Positions 52,171-63,314 are shown, numbered from the whole stretch's first letter. The stretch: 63,371 nt of DNA, filler included, from 4 parts of 4 records of this genome joined end to end with filler, not necessarily neighbours in it, one strand, 5' to 3'. Notes: generated by a model from the letters alone, not told the origin. A program made the numbers and translations.

Positions 52171-53214
52171 TTAATTAATCTTTTTCTTTTCGTCTATGTC
52201 TATTGAAGTAATTAAGTTGCCTCTATTCTCAATTTTTCTATGAGAAATTTTTATGTCGTCTAGATCTTTTCTTGCTAAATCAAAATGTTTATCTAATTTA
52301 AATATTCTATCTGCCAATAAATTTAAATCATTAGTTAATTTATCAACCTCAATTTGTATTTTACCAGCTGTTTGACTCATTGTAGCATCTCTTAAAATAG
52401 CTCTAACAGTATGCAGTAAAAGCATTAAATTATCAGGACCTGCCATATACACTTTCTTATTTCTACTTTCATTAACAAGCTTAGGAAACCTTATATTAAT
52501 TTCTGAATAAATTGATTCACTAGGAAGAAACATAATAGCCGAGTCAGAAGTTTCACCTGGCAATATATATTTTTCTGCAATGTCCTTTATATGTTTTTGG
52601 ACAGCATTATGAAATAATCTTAGATAATCTTTTTTTTCCTGATCATTGGTTGCGCCCGCAAATTTTTTATAATCTTCCAACGGAAACTTCGAATCTATAC
52701 AAATAGGACCAGGTGGTTCAGGCATTTTTACTATACAATCAACCCTACTATTAGACTTTAGTGTATACTGAAACTGATATGCATTTTGAGGCAAGGCATC
52801 TCTTACAATATTTTCCAGTTGAACTTCTCCAAAAGCACCTCTTAATTGTTTATTAGATAATATATTTTGTAAATCATTCACTTGATTTGACAACGAGTGA
52901 ATATTTTCTTGTGCACGATCAATGACAGCTAATCTTTCATGCATTTCTGTAAGTGATTTTTGAGTGTTTTGAGTTTGCTGATTTAAACTATTGCCAATAG
53001 ATGAACCAATGTTACCTAGCCTTTCTTCTATGGAAATACTTAACTGGGCAACTGCACCTTTCAACTCTGTAATTTGACTTTTCTCGTCTTGTAAAATATT
53101 TATTTCATTATTGTTCTTATTTTTATTTTCAAAATATATTTTGCAGATTAGAAACACTACAAATGATATTATAATAAAAAAAAGAATGAATATTAATAAA
53201 TTTTGGAAATCCAT
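52171..53214 (-). CDS. rmuC: DNA recombination protein RmuC family
   Basis: N-terminal TM, RGAFGEVQLE, IDSKFPLE, MFLPSESIY. Confidence 0.92.
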   Translation of the reverse strand: MDFQNLLIFILFFIIISFVVFLICKIYFENKNKNNNEINILQDEKSQITELKGAVAQLSISIEERLGNIGSSIGNSLNQQTQNTQKSLTEMHERLAVIDRAQENIHSLSNQVNDLQNILSNKQLRGAFGEVQLENIVRDALPQNAYQFQYTLKSNSRVDCIVKMPEPPGPICIDSKFPLEDYKKFAGATNDQEKKDYLRLFHNAVQKHIKDIAEKYILPGETSDSAIMFLPSESIYSEINIRFPKLVNESRNKKVYMAGPDNLMLLLHTVRAILRDATMSQTAGKIQIEVDKLTNDLNLLADRIFKLDKHFDLARKDLDDIKISHRKIENRGNLITSIDIDEKKKIN

Positions 53215-53303
53215 TTTAACTCCATTTACAAATGAGTATAATAATACAAATTGATTATTAATTAACTAGCATAAAATAATATATTATTAGGATTAGTATA
53301 AAG

Positions 53304-53870
53304 ATGAGTATCAAGGAAATTATTAAAATACCAAATCCATTTCTCAAAGTTGTAGCTAAACCAGTTATTGACATTGATGAAAATATTTTATCACTCCTAG
53401 ATGATATGTTAGAGACAATGTATGATGCAAATGGTATAGGCCTTGCTGCTACACAAATAGCAATTGATAAGAGATTAATTGTAATGGATTGTGGTGAAGT
53501 TGATTTTGAAACTGAAAATTTAACTGAAGAAGAGTATAACAAAAAATTAAAAGAAAATGGTATAAAACCATCTCCAATTAAGATGATTAACCCGAAGTTA
53601 GTAAGTTTAGGTGATAAGATCAATGAAAGAGAAGAAGGTTGTTTGTCTATACCTGGTTATAACGCTAACGTAAAAAGACCTGCATCACTTAAAGTAGAGT
53701 ATACAGACGAAAATAAAAAAAATGTAACTTTGAATGCTGATGGTTTATTAGCAACATGTATTCAACATGAAATTGACCATCTAAATGGTATTCTTTTTAT
53801 TGATCATATATCTAGATTAAAAAGAGAGATGATACTAAAAAAAGCTATTAAAGAATACTCAACTGATTAA
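53304..53870 (+). CDS. def: Peptide deformylase
   Basis: GIGLAATQ, EGCLSIP, QHEIDHLNG. Confidence 0.97.
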   Translation: MSIKEIIKIPNPFLKVVAKPVIDIDENILSLLDDMLETMYDANGIGLAATQIAIDKRLIVMDCGEVDFETENLTEEEYNKKLKENGIKPSPIKMINPKLVSLGDKINEREEGCLSIPGYNANVKRPASLKVEYTDENKKNVTLNADGLLATCIQHEIDHLNGILFIDHISRLKREMILKKAIKEYSTD

Positions 53871-53885
53871 AAATATGAGGAATGA

Positions 53886-54815
53886 TTGAATTTAATTTTT
53901 ATGGGAACTCCAGATTTTGCAGTTCCAAGTTTAAAATTGCTTGCAGCTCGATATAATATTTTAGCTGTTTATTCTCAACCACCTCGTCCCAATGGTAGGG
54001 GGATGAAGACAATTGAATCACCTATACAATCAACGGCTAAAAAACTAAACCTAAAGACTATGACACCTCATACTTTAAAAAGTGATGACGTATTTGAGGA
54101 GTATAAAAAACTTAAACCTGATGTCGTTGTCGTGGTCGCTTATGGTTTGATTCTACCAGAAAAATATTTGAAAATACCTAAATTTGGCTGTGTTAATGGT
54201 CATGCTAGCAACCTACCCAGATGGAGAGGAGCCGCTCCAATTCAAAGGGCTATTGAGGCAGGTGATACAACTAGTGGCTCATGCATCATGATAATGGAAA
54301 AAGGAATGGATACTGGGCCAATCCTTTTATCAAAAAAAATTAATATTGAAAATAACGACACTTCAAAGTCACTGCATGACAAGTTATCTGATCTCACTGC
54401 ACAAATATTAGAAGAAGCTTTATATAAATATACTAAAGGAATTTTGTTACCCCAAAAGCAGGAAATAGAAGGTATAAAATATGCTCATAAAATTAAAAAA
54501 ATTGAGTCTGAAATAGATTGGAACTTAACAGCTGTAGAAATTTCTAATAAGGTCAGAGCATTTTATCCTTTTCCAGGCACTTTTACTAATGGCCCTAATG
54601 GTTTAATTAAAATAATTACAACACAGAGTAATAATGATATTCATGATCAACCACCTGGAACAATTTTAAACATTGGTAAAAAGATTTTTGTAGCTTGCGG
54701 AAATAAAACAACTTTAGAAATTTTAGAAGTTCAAAAACCAGGTAAGAATATTATCTCTTCCTCAGCATATCTAAATGGTATAAAATTATCTGTTGGTGAT
54801 AAATTTGGAATTTGA
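53886..54815 (+). CDS. fmt: Methionyl-tRNA formyltransferase
   Basis: FMGTPDFA, VVVAYG, HASNLPRWRGAAPIQ, MDTGP. Confidence 0.97.
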   Translation: MNLIFMGTPDFAVPSLKLLAARYNILAVYSQPPRPNGRGMKTIESPIQSTAKKLNLKTMTPHTLKSDDVFEEYKKLKPDVVVVVAYGLILPEKYLKIPKFGCVNGHASNLPRWRGAAPIQRAIEAGDTTSGSCIMIMEKGMDTGPILLSKKINIENNDTSKSLHDKLSDLTAQILEEALYKYTKGILLPQKQEIEGIKYAHKIKKIESEIDWNLTAVEISNKVRAFYPFPGTFTNGPNGLIKIITTQSNNDIHDQPPGTILNIGKKIFVACGNKTTLEILEVQKPGKNIISSSAYLNGIKLSVGDKFGI

Positions 54816-54822
54816 AAGCACA

Positions 54823-55629
54823 ATGAAGTATGCTCTATTGATAGAGTATAATGGTAATGGTCTAGTTGGTTGGCAGAAACAAGACATAGGGATATCTGTA
54901 CAGGGAAGCCTTGAGAAAGTTGCTAAACAAATTTTTAATGATGAATTTCATATTCAAGGTTCTGGACGAACTGATGCAGGAGTGCACGCATTAGGTCAGG
55001 TTGCTCATATAGAATTACCGTCAAATCATAGATTAACTTCCAAAAATCCCTTTTACATAATTTCTGCCTTTAATGCTCTACTGAAAGATACAGCTATTAG
55101 AGTTATTTCAGCCAAACCTGTAAATGCAGAATTTAATGCCCGCTTTAGTGCAATTAAACGTTACTACAAGTATAGAATTTTATGTCGAGCTGCTCCTCCA
55201 GGAATTAATAGAGGTAAAGTTTGGCACTGTAGAAAAAGTTTAGATCTTAATCTGATGCAAAAAGGTATAAAATACTTAATAGGCAAACATGACTTCACAA
55301 GTTTTAGAACTATAAAATGTCAAGCTAAGTCGCCCATTAGGACTTTAGATGAAGTTACCTTTTCCACTGAAGATGAAGAGATTATTATTAGAGTTATAGC
55401 TAAAAGTTTTTTACATAGTCAAGTAAGGATAATGGTAGGAACAATTTTAAAAATAGGAGATAGAACATGGAAACCTGAGGATATGGACATAATACTTAAA
55501 GGTAAAAATAGAAGTTTAGCAGGCCCTACAGCTCCACCTGATGGTTTGTATTTAGAAAAGGTAGACTATCCAGATGATATCTTAAATAAAAATTGGCCCT
55601 TAATATATGACGCAGAACTAAAGAAATAA
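54823..55629 (+). CDS. truA: tRNA pseudouridine(38-40) synthase
   Basis: EYNG..GWQ, GRTDAGVHA, HDFTSFR, FLHSQVR, TAPPDGLYL; start placed at ATG 54823. Confidence 0.95.
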   Translation: MKYALLIEYNGNGLVGWQKQDIGISVQGSLEKVAKQIFNDEFHIQGSGRTDAGVHALGQVAHIELPSNHRLTSKNPFYIISAFNALLKDTAIRVISAKPVNAEFNARFSAIKRYYKYRILCRAAPPGINRGKVWHCRKSLDLNLMQKGIKYLIGKHDFTSFRTIKCQAKSPIRTLDEVTFSTEDEEIIIRVIAKSFLHSQVRIMVGTILKIGDRTWKPEDMDIILKGKNRSLAGPTAPPDGLYLEKVDYPDDILNKNWPLIYDAELKK

Positions 55630-55633
55630 TTGT

Positions 55634-56215
55634 TTATAAAGCCATAGATAAAGATCTGGATAACATACCTAGACTTGCTTCAATAATGACTGATAGAAAA
55701 ATCATTCCTGTAGCTCCCCAACCTGTCAAACCAATCTCTTCTTTTCCAACTCTCCACAAAGAAAAAGTTACCCAAATCACAACACCAATTCCAATAAAAA
55801 CAAACACTGAAGGAGGAAATATCAATCCTAATACTGCAAATGATAACATTGCAATTGCTTGGAAGGATTGTATCCAATTAAATGGAATTATAAATCTGTA
55901 AAAAGCATCAGGCTTCCCAATTTTTTGAAATATTGCATTAACTAATATAGAAAATAGACAAATATCAATTATAGTAATTAAAAGAAGTCTAGGTAATATT
56001 CCACTTTGAATATCACCGTCAAGATTTGCTTTAATACCATAAGATGCCAGGGCAGACACGACAGCATTTATTAAAAAAACTGTCCAACAACTATCCCAAA
56101 AACCATTACTATTTAAGTTAAATACACTAGATACATTATTTTTCTTTGACATAAATTTGAAGGCTGAAACTATACCATCTTTAATTACATTTGGATTAGG
56201 TGGGGGATTAATCAC
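55634..56215 (-). CDS. Uncharacterised integral membrane protein downstream of dapE
   Basis: About 5 hydrophobic segments; start overlaps the dapE stop. Confidence 0.7.
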   Translation of the reverse strand: MINPPPNPNVIKDGIVSAFKFMSKKNNVSSVFNLNSNGFWDSCWTVFLINAVVSALASYGIKANLDGDIQSGILPRLLLITIIDICLFSILVNAIFQKIGKPDAFYRFIIPFNWIQSFQAIAMLSFAVLGLIFPPSVFVFIGIGVVIWVTFSLWRVGKEEIGLTGWGATGMIFLSVIIEASLGMLSRSLSMAL

Positions 56216-57374
56216 AATACTTCACTCCAAAGTAATTAAATAAAAATTGATTATAAATTTTTGTTAAATTAATAATGTCATTAACTTCAACATTCTCGTC
56301 AATCTTATGCATTGTTTTACCAACTAAACCAAATTCAATAACTGGACAAATTTTAGAGATAAACCTTGCATCTGACGTTCCACCTGATGTGGATTTTTCT
56401 GGATTAATATTCACTACTTTTTGAATAGCCTTTTGCAGTGTGGTTTTTAAAAAATCATCATTTGTAAGAAATGGCTCGGCATTACAAAAAAAGTCAAATT
56501 TATAATTTGAAGTAACATCACTAAATTGCTTTTCTAACATAGATTTTAGTGAAGAAGCTGAATGCAAAGTATTAAATCTGATATTAAACTTGGCTTTAAC
56601 TTCTCCAGGAATTACATTGCTAGCATCGTTATTCACATCAATACTGGTAATCATTATGGAACTGGGTTGAAAGTCTTTAGTACCTTCATCTAAATATATT
56701 TTAGAAAAAGGTTCCAACATTTTCAAAAGTGAATTAATTGGATTCTCAGCCAAATGAGGGTAACCTACATGGCCTTGTATGCCTGTGACTTTTAATGAGC
56801 CCGTAAAGCTTCCCCTTCTTCCAATTTTTAACGTATCACCCATTCTAGTGACATTTGTAGGCTCTCCCACAATACAGCCACTAATAATTTCAGATTTACC
56901 TTTTAACCAGTCAACTACTTTTTTTGTTCCATTAATGGCTTTACCCTCTTCATCACTTGTGATGATAAAAGAAATACTTCCAAATTCTTTGAAGTTTTTA
57001 TTATCTTTTAAAAAATATGAAACAGCAGCGATAAATGCAGCAATACCAGATTTCATGTCAGCAGCGCCTCTACCCCAAACCTTACCTTCTTTTACTTCTC
57101 CACCAAAAGGGTTTATGCTCCAATTATTAATGTCGCCAGTTGGTACTACATCCACGTGACCAGCAAATGCAATGTTAGGTTCCATGGTTCCAAATCTAGC
57201 ATATAAATTTTCTACTTTCTCAATTCCTTCACCAAAATCTATCTTTTCGCAATTAAAACCTAATGGCTCTAAATATGATATTATAATATCTAAAGAACCC
57301 TCAGATTTTGGTGTGATACTTTTACATTGAATTAACTCGGAAGTTAATTCTATTGGATTGACTATATCTGACAT
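56208..57374 (-). CDS. dapE: Succinyl-diaminopimelate desuccinylase
   Basis: FAGHVDVVP, GRGAADMK, SDEEG, VGEPT, GHVGYPH, STSGGTSDARF. Confidence 0.96.
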   Translation of the reverse strand: MSDIVNPIELTSELIQCKSITPKSEGSLDIIISYLEPLGFNCEKIDFGEGIEKVENLYARFGTMEPNIAFAGHVDVVPTGDINNWSINPFGGEVKEGKVWGRGAADMKSGIAAFIAAVSYFLKDNKNFKEFGSISFIITSDEEGKAINGTKKVVDWLKGKSEIISGCIVGEPTNVTRMGDTLKIGRRGSFTGSLKVTGIQGHVGYPHLAENPINSLLKMLEPFSKIYLDEGTKDFQPSSIMITSIDVNNDASNVIPGEVKAKFNIRFNTLHSASSLKSMLEKQFSDVTSNYKFDFFCNAEPFLTNDDFLKTTLQKAIQKVVNINPEKSTSGGTSDARFISKICPVIEFGLVGKTMHKIDENVEVNDIINLTKIYNQFLFNYFGVKYCD

Positions 57375-57386
57375 AAACCGCCTTAA

Positions 57387-58247
57387 TTAATCTCTTAATA
57401 ATTCGTTTACAGATGTTTTAGAACGTGTTTGAGCGTCTACCTTTTTTACGATAACTGCACAATATAGGCTTGGCCCTTGTGAGCCGTCAGGCAATAACTT
57501 TCCTGGAAGAGCGCCTGGGACAACTACAGAATATGCTGGAACCCTTCCAACGTAAATTTCACCTGTATTTCTATCTATAACCTTAGTAGAAGCACCTATA
57601 AAAACACCCATAGATAATACAGCTCCAGTTTCAATCACTACACCTTCGGCTACTTCAGATCTAGCACCTATAAAACAATTATCTTCAATTATTACAGGCC
57701 CTGCCTGTATAGGTTCTAATACTCCGCCTATCCCTGCTCCACCTGAAATATGAACATTTTTTCCAATTTGAGCACAAGACCCCACTGTTGCCCAAGTATC
57801 AATCATGCTACCAGTATCTACGTATGCTCCAATATTTACAAATGATGGCATCAATACTACACTAGGTGCTATAAATGCTGAATGTCTTACTACACAACCT
57901 GGAACTGCTCTAAAACCAGCTGTTTTGAATTCCTCTTTACCCCATCCAGAAAATTTTGAAGGCACTTTATCCCACCAATTAGCAGGACCGTTATTAACAC
58001 TTTGAGGTCCACCTGAAATGACGTCCATATCATTAATTTTAAAAGATAATAAAACTGCTTTTTTAAGCCATTGGTTGACTTTCCATTGACTATTACCTAT
58101 TGGGTCAGCAACCCTAAGTTCACCTTTATCTAAATAATTTAAGGCTAAATCTATTGCTTGTTTAACTTCACCTGTAGTATTTGGATTTATGTCCTCGTTA
58201 TTGTCAAATACGCGTTCAATTATTAATTTTATTTTTTCTAGTTCCAT
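57387..58247 (-). CDS. dapD: Tetrahydrodipicolinate N-succinyltransferase
   Basis: [19 protein letters not shown], hexapeptide repeats, [10 protein letters not shown]. Confidence 0.97.
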   Translation of the reverse strand: MELEKIKLIIERVFDNNEDINPNTTGEVKQAIDLALNYLDKGELRVADPIGNSQWKVNQWLKKAVLLSFKINDMDVISGGPQSVNNGPANWWDKVPSKFSGWGKEEFKTAGFRAVPGCVVRHSAFIAPSVVLMPSFVNIGAYVDTGSMIDTWATVGSCAQIGKNVHISGGAGIGGVLEPIQAGPVIIEDNCFIGARSEVAEGVVIETGAVLSMGVFIGASTKVIDRNTGEIYVGRVPAYSVVVPGALPGKLLPDGSQGPSLYCAVIVKKVDAQTRSKTSVNELLRD

Positions 58248-58285
58248 TTTATTTCCTTTTAATTATATCTCAACATCAAATTATT

Positions 58286-59005
58286 TCATTTTTTAATCAT
58301 ATTTCTTAAGATAGTTTTAATGTCTGATCCAGTGAAATCAATATATTGTTGATAAATGTCAGCTTCTTTTCTATTGAAATCATTTTCAATCCAAACTGTA
58401 CCCATTCCCAGCTCACTTGCAGGCTTTAAATTTTTTGCAGTGTCTTCAAAAAAAATGCTTCTATTAATATTATTATTATTGAGTCCAAATTTATCTTTCA
58501 TCATATCATACGACTTGTAATTAGGTTTAGCTATGTAGTTAGCGTCTTTAATATCAAAAATTATTTCAAATTCTTCAAAAATACCCATTGATTTAAGGAT
58601 GTTTTTAGCATGATGATAAGATGCATTTGTATAGATAAGCTTTTGTCCATTTATTTTGCTTAATAGTTCTTTTAATTCATAATCTGTTTTGAGATCATCA
58701 AACCCAACATCATGGACGTAATTAAGAAATGGCTCAGGGTCAATATTCTTTTCAATTATCAGACCTCTTAAGGTTAACCCATATTTTTTATACATATTTT
58801 TTTGTAAGTTAAGAGCATCGTCATGATTAAGATTAAAAAAGTTTTTAATATACTCTGTCATTCTTTGTGAAATTCTTCTAAATAAACCTAGATGAAAATC
58901 ATAAATAGTATTATCCAAATCAAATATCCAATAATCATATTCATTTATGAAATTCACAGTATCAAAGTTATTTTCGCTTATTAAGTTGGTGCTAGAGTTT
59001 GTCAT
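58286..59005 (-). CDS. HAD-family pyrimidine 5'-nucleotidase
   Basis: WIFDLDNTIY, YGLTLRGL, YTNA, KP, FFEDTAKNL; argB-HAD-dapD synteny. Confidence 0.85.
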   Translation of the reverse strand: MTNSSTNLISENNFDTVNFINEYDYWIFDLDNTIYDFHLGLFRRISQRMTEYIKNFFNLNHDDALNLQKNMYKKYGLTLRGLIIEKNIDPEPFLNYVHDVGFDDLKTDYELKELLSKINGQKLIYTNASYHHAKNILKSMGIFEEFEIIFDIKDANYIAKPNYKSYDMMKDKFGLNNNNINRSIFFEDTAKNLKPASELGMGTVWIENDFNRKEADIYQQYIDFTGSDIKTILRNMIKK

Positions 59006-59007
59006 GT

Positions 59008-59922
59008 TTAGTTTGGATTTTTTCGAATAATTGTTCCTACACCATGTTCAGTAAATAACTCTAATAATAAAGAATGAGGCATTCTTCCATCCATAATTAC
59101 TGAGGCTTCTGCACCACCTTGGACAGCATCTATACAAGTCTTAACCTTTGGAATCATGCCCCCAACAACCACTTTCTTTGCAATAAGCTCAAGTGCTTCG
59201 TCTATTGTTAACTCAGGAATTAAATTACCATTCTTATCAAGAACACCCGTTACATCGGTTAACATTATCATTCTAGATGCTTTCATTGCAGCTGAAATAG
59301 CTCCTGCAGCAGTGTCTGCATTAATATTATATGTCAAACCGTCTTTTCCTATTCCAACTGGTGCAATCACAGGGATCATTTTTTCATTTATAAGTGCTTT
59401 AATGACTTGTGGATCAATTTTTTCAGGTTCTCCAACATAACCGAGATCTATTACTTTTTCTAAATTAGAAGCAGCGTTTTCGTCTATTTTTGTCAACCGC
59501 TTAGCTGTAATCAAATTTCCATCTTTTCCAGATATGCCAACTGATTTTGCACCTGAGTTTGAAATTGCTGTTACGATTGATTTATTTGTTACTCCACAAA
59601 GCACCATTTCAACTACATCTATAGTAGCTGAGTCTGTTACTCTTAGACCATTGATAAATTCTGTTTTAATTTTTAATTTAGATAGCATTTCCCCAATTTG
59701 AGGACCTCCCCCGTGAACAACAACTGGTAACATTCCCACTTGTTGCAATAAAACAATATCATTAGCAAAGCTGGTTATATATTCTTTTTTACCCATAGCA
59801 TTACCGCCAAACTTCACAACAATAACTTTATTGGCATACCTCTTCATAAAAGGTAAGGTTTCAGTTAGCAGATCAGCTTTTTTTAGCCATTCAGATTGGA
59901 TTTGATCTTTATTATTTTTCAA
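59008..59922 (-). CDS. argB: Acetylglutamate kinase
   Basis: VKFGGNAM, VHGGGPQI, GLRVTD, NINADTAA, GGMIPKV. Confidence 0.96.
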   Translation of the reverse strand: MKNNKDQIQSEWLKKADLLTETLPFMKRYANKVIVVKFGGNAMGKKEYITSFANDIVLLQQVGMLPVVVHGGGPQIGEMLSKLKIKTEFINGLRVTDSATIDVVEMVLCGVTNKSIVTAISNSGAKSVGISGKDGNLITAKRLTKIDENAASNLEKVIDLGYVGEPEKIDPQVIKALINEKMIPVIAPVGIGKDGLTYNINADTAAGAISAAMKASRMIMLTDVTGVLDKNGNLIPELTIDEALELIAKKVVVGGMIPKVKTCIDAVQGGAEASVIMDGRMPHSLLLELFTEHGVGTIIRKNPN

Positions 59923-60000
59923 TTATTTAAACCATTCAAAAAAAATTATAATTAATAAATAGCATATAATTTAAAAAAAAATTAATATTTTATAATTTTT

Positions 60001-60636
60001 TCATGAAAGGCTTGCTAGGTATGTCCTGAGCAACGGAATACCTTCATTTTTCAAACTGGATGTTACAAATATTTCGGGATAAGAGGCTGGATGTTTTGAT
60101 ACAATTTTATTTGTTATTTCTTTTATGTTTGTTATCTCTTCGTCAGACATTTTGTCCGACTTTGTAAGAATAACAACCCAACTTACGGCTGCGGTGTCTA
60201 ACTCTTTCATAATTAATTCATCATAATCTCCAACACCTCTTCTACTATCAATCAATAAACAAACAGTTCTAAGTGAAGGCCTTCCTTTTAAATATTTGAT
60301 AGTTAATGATGTCCAAGACTGAATATCTTTTTTAGGAGCCTTTGCGTAACCATAACCTGGTAAATCTACAAGTCTTAATTTTGTTAATTGATGACTAAGC
60401 TCAAAAAATATTAATTGTCGGGTTCGTCCTGGTGTTTGACTTGTTCTTGCTAATGTTTTTCTATTAGTTAAGGCATTTACGAGTGAGCTTTTGCCAACAT
60501 TTGATCTTCCAGCAAAAGCTATTTCATTACATTCTTCTAAAGGAATAGCATTAGGTTTTAAAGCTGCAGCTATAAACTTGCATTCTCCAGAAAAAAGTTT
60601 TCTAGCTTTTTCAATTTCAATATCTTCGTATTGCAA
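60001..60636 (-). CDS. engB: Ribosome biogenesis GTPase EngB/YihA
   Basis: GRSNVGKSS, TPGRT, DLPGYG, TKSDK. Confidence 0.95.
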   Translation of the reverse strand: MQYEDIEIEKARKLFSGECKFIAAALKPNAIPLEECNEIAFAGRSNVGKSSLVNALTNRKTLARTSQTPGRTRQLIFFELSHQLTKLRLVDLPGYGYAKAPKKDIQSWTSLTIKYLKGRPSLRTVCLLIDSRRGVGDYDELIMKELDTAAVSWVVILTKSDKMSDEEITNIKEITNKIVSKHPASYPEIFVTSSLKNEGIPLLRTYLASLS

Positions 60637-60650
60637 GCTATCAGAGGCCT

Positions 60651-62372
60651 TTACTTAGATTTTTTTTTCATTCCATTCATAATTAACCATTGCTGACAAA
60701 TTGAAAGGAGATTGTTCCATGTCCAATATATAACTAAACCTGCCGGGAAAGTAGCTAATAAAAATGTAAATGCAACTGGCATCCAGGCAAAAATCTTTGC
60801 TTGGATAGGGTCTGGAGGAGTTGGGTTTAGACGTTGTTGTAAAAACATAGTTACCCCCATCAATAAAGGCCAGATGCCAAGGTTTAAAAAGTCAGGAAAT
60901 ATTGATGTACTGTAGGGTAATAAGCCAAACAAATTAAGAATACTGGTTGGATCTTGAACAGACAAATCCTTTATCCATCCAAAAAAAGGAGTTTGACGCA
61001 TTTCTATAGATACAAACAAAACTTTATAGAGAGCAAAAAATACTGGTATTTGGACCAATATTGGCAAACATCCTGCCGCAGGATTTACCTTCTCTTTTTT
61101 ATACAAATTCATCATTTCCTGATTTAGTTTTTGCCTGTCATCTCCAACTCTCTCTCTTAGTTTCTGGATTTCAGGTGAAAGATTTCTCATTTTTGCCATG
61201 CTTTTATATGATTTGTTTGCTAATGGGAAAAAAACAATTTTGACTAATACTGTTATTGCCAATATTGCTAGTCCAAAATTACCTAAATAATCATTAGCCC
61301 AAGATAAAGCGTAAAAGAATGGCTTTGTTAAAAAATAAAACCAGCCAAAATCAATTGCGAGATCAAAGTGTTTTACGTTGAAACGTTCTTCATAATCATC
61401 AAACAATGCTAATCTCTTAGCACCTGCAAATGTCCTTGATAAAAAGTTACCTTCAGATTTTGGTTGAATTTTAACTGCTTTTCCAAGGAAGTCTGTTTGA
61501 TATTGACCTCCACTTGAATTCAAGTATCTATAAGTAAAACTATATTTTTCATTTTGATCGGGCAATAAAGCCGTCATCCAATATTTATCTGTTAAACCTG
61601 TCCAACCACCACTTTCAGCGGGCTTTATATTTATTCCCTTTTGTCCAGATTCTGCTAGGTCTTCATAGCTTTTTTCAGATAAGGTCCCATCAAAAACACC
61701 CAACGGTCCCTCATGTAAAACAAAAAACTTAGTAGTTTCTGGCTCACCTGTTCTTCTTATCAATCCGTATGGATATAATGTGACGGCATTATTAGTATTG
61801 TTTTTTACTCTTTGATTAATAGTAAACATAAATGTGTCATCTACGCTTATGTCCTGATAAAATATTATACCTTCACCATTATCCCAGGACAAAGTTATGC
61901 TAGTATCTGGAGATAAGAGGTTTTTTGAAGATTTCCACAATGTTTTTCCATTAGGCACTTTTAATCCGTCTGGACTGCTCCAACCATGCTCAATAAAATA
62001 AGGATTTTTTTCGTTAGATTTTAAAAGGAGGTTTATTAAACTACTGTCAGCATCTAATGTTTCTCTATATTGTGTAAGAGTAATATCATCTATCCTTGCA
62101 CCTTTAAGGGATATAGAACCAGAGGTTTCATTACTATTTAACTTAACTCTAGGGACGTTTTTGAACTTCTCTGTTTTATCATTCTCACTCGTAACAGTTA
62201 AACTGTTATCATTTGAAGGAATAGGAATATTAGAACTATCAGACAAATTATTAACTACATTTTCTTGTATAATCTGATCTTTTTTTGGATCAACAAATAA
62301 TAATTGATAACCTATCAAAACTGCCATTGACAATGAAATGGCTGCCACTAAATTTCGAGTTTCTGGATTCAT
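60651..62372 (-). CDS. yidC: Membrane protein insertase YidC
   Basis: IDFGWF, GNFGLAI, NPAAGCLP, FPAGLVIYW. Confidence 0.96.
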   Translation of the reverse strand: MNPETRNLVAAISLSMAVLIGYQLLFVDPKKDQIIQENVVNNLSDSSNIPIPSNDNSLTVTSENDKTEKFKNVPRVKLNSNETSGSISLKGARIDDITLTQYRETLDADSSLINLLLKSNEKNPYFIEHGWSSPDGLKVPNGKTLWKSSKNLLSPDTSITLSWDNGEGIIFYQDISVDDTFMFTINQRVKNNTNNAVTLYPYGLIRRTGEPETTKFFVLHEGPLGVFDGTLSEKSYEDLAESGQKGINIKPAESGGWTGLTDKYWMTALLPDQNEKYSFTYRYLNSSGGQYQTDFLGKAVKIQPKSEGNFLSRTFAGAKRLALFDDYEERFNVKHFDLAIDFGWFYFLTKPFFYALSWANDYLGNFGLAILAITVLVKIVFFPLANKSYKSMAKMRNLSPEIQKLRERVGDDRQKLNQEMMNLYKKEKVNPAAGCLPILVQIPVFFALYKVLFVSIEMRQTPFFGWIKDLSVQDPTSILNLFGLLPYSTSIFPDFLNLGIWPLLMGVTMFLQQRLNPTPPDPIQAKIFAWMPVAFTFLLATFPAGLVIYWTWNNLLSICQQWLIMNGMKKKSK

Positions 62373-62477
62373 TTTATCTCACTTAACTTTCTATATTATA
62401 TTCACAAAGTTTAAAATAATTTAGATATAACTATTTACCTTAAAGAAGCAATTTTTTAAAGAAATGAAAAAATTAAA

Positions 62478-62702
62478 TTATTTGATTGGATCATAACCAC
62501 CTTTTCCCCAAGGGTGACATTTCAGTATTCTTTTCAAACCTAGCCAACAGCCCTTAACCAAACCAAATTTTACAATAGAATCTTTAGTGTACTCGGAACA
62601 AGTAGGCAAAAATCTACAGTTATTACCTAAAAGAGGTGAAATCAGATATTTATAAATATCTATTAAATATATAATACATTTTGCACCAGTATTTTTGATC
62701 AT
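62478..62702 (-). CDS. yidD: Membrane protein insertion efficiency factor YidD
   Basis: ISPLL..CRFLPTCSEY, RILKCHPWG.GGYDP. Confidence 0.95.
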   Translation of the reverse strand: MIKNTGAKCIIYLIDIYKYLISPLLGNNCRFLPTCSEYTKDSIVKFGLVKGCWLGLKRILKCHPWGKGGYDPIK

Positions 62703-63040
62703 AGCTTATTCAAACATTCTTGCATCTCAGAATATAGATTTATAAAAAGTGCCTTATTTAAAGAAGATTTTGCAACCAATACATAACTACTTTTGTTATC
62801 AAAAAAATTTATATCTTCTTTGACAAACCTACTTACTAAAGCTCTCATTCTTCTTTTTGCCCTATTTCTAACAACGGCATTCCCAATTTTTTTTGTAGCA
62901 GTAAAGCCAAATTTTAGATTTAAATCTATGCTGTCTGAATTAGTATATTTTTGAATAATGAAGTTTTTGCTATAAATTTTTTTTGCAAACTTGTTGGATA
63001 AGACAAAATCTTTCCTGTGTTTTAAAGTTTGCAGTTTCAT
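62699..63040 (-). CDS. rnpA: Ribonuclease P protein component
   Basis: GFTATKKIGNAVVRNRAKRRMR (RNR motif). Confidence 0.95.
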   Translation of the reverse strand: MKLQTLKHRKDFVLSNKFAKKIYSKNFIIQKYTNSDSIDLNLKFGFTATKKIGNAVVRNRAKRRMRALVSRFVKEDINFFDNKSSYVLVAKSSLNKALFINLYSEMQECLNKL

Positions 63041-63097
63041 TTTACCAGCCTATGATTAATTTAACTAAATAAAATAAATATTTTTAAAGAATATTAA

Positions 63098-63232
63098 CTA
63101 AGCTGAAAGCTTTTTTCTACCTTTAGATCTTCGGCTACGAATAACATTTCTACCACCAACAGTAGACATTCTACTTCTATAGCCATGCCTTCTTTTTCTA
63201 ACTAAATTACTTGGTTGAAATGTACGTTTCAT
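63098..63232 (-). CDS. rpmH: 50S ribosomal protein L34
   Basis: Not in the ORF track (44 aa); read manually: [44 protein letters not shown]. Confidence 0.97.
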   Translation of the reverse strand: MKRTFQPSNLVRKRRHGYRSRMSTVGGRNVIRSRRSKGRKKLSA

Positions 63233-63280
63233 TTTAATTCTGTATTTTAATACAGCCTTCTTATTTTTATATGTTTTAGC

Positions 63281-63309
63281 TTTTTAGACACATTGCACTC
63301 GTTAGTCAA
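63281..63309 (-). promoter_or_regulatory. Sigma70 promoter of the rpmH-rnpA-yidD-yidC operon
   Basis: TTGACT-17 nt-TAAAAA on the minus strand; a -10 lacking the last T is common in Alphaproteobacteria. Confidence 0.55.
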
Positions 63310-63314
63310 TATCA

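Noticed and set aside
59971-59985. TTAA-N7-TTAA (CtrA-box-like) upstream of argB
   Set aside because: Expected by chance in nearly pure A/T sequence; no cell-cycle rationale.
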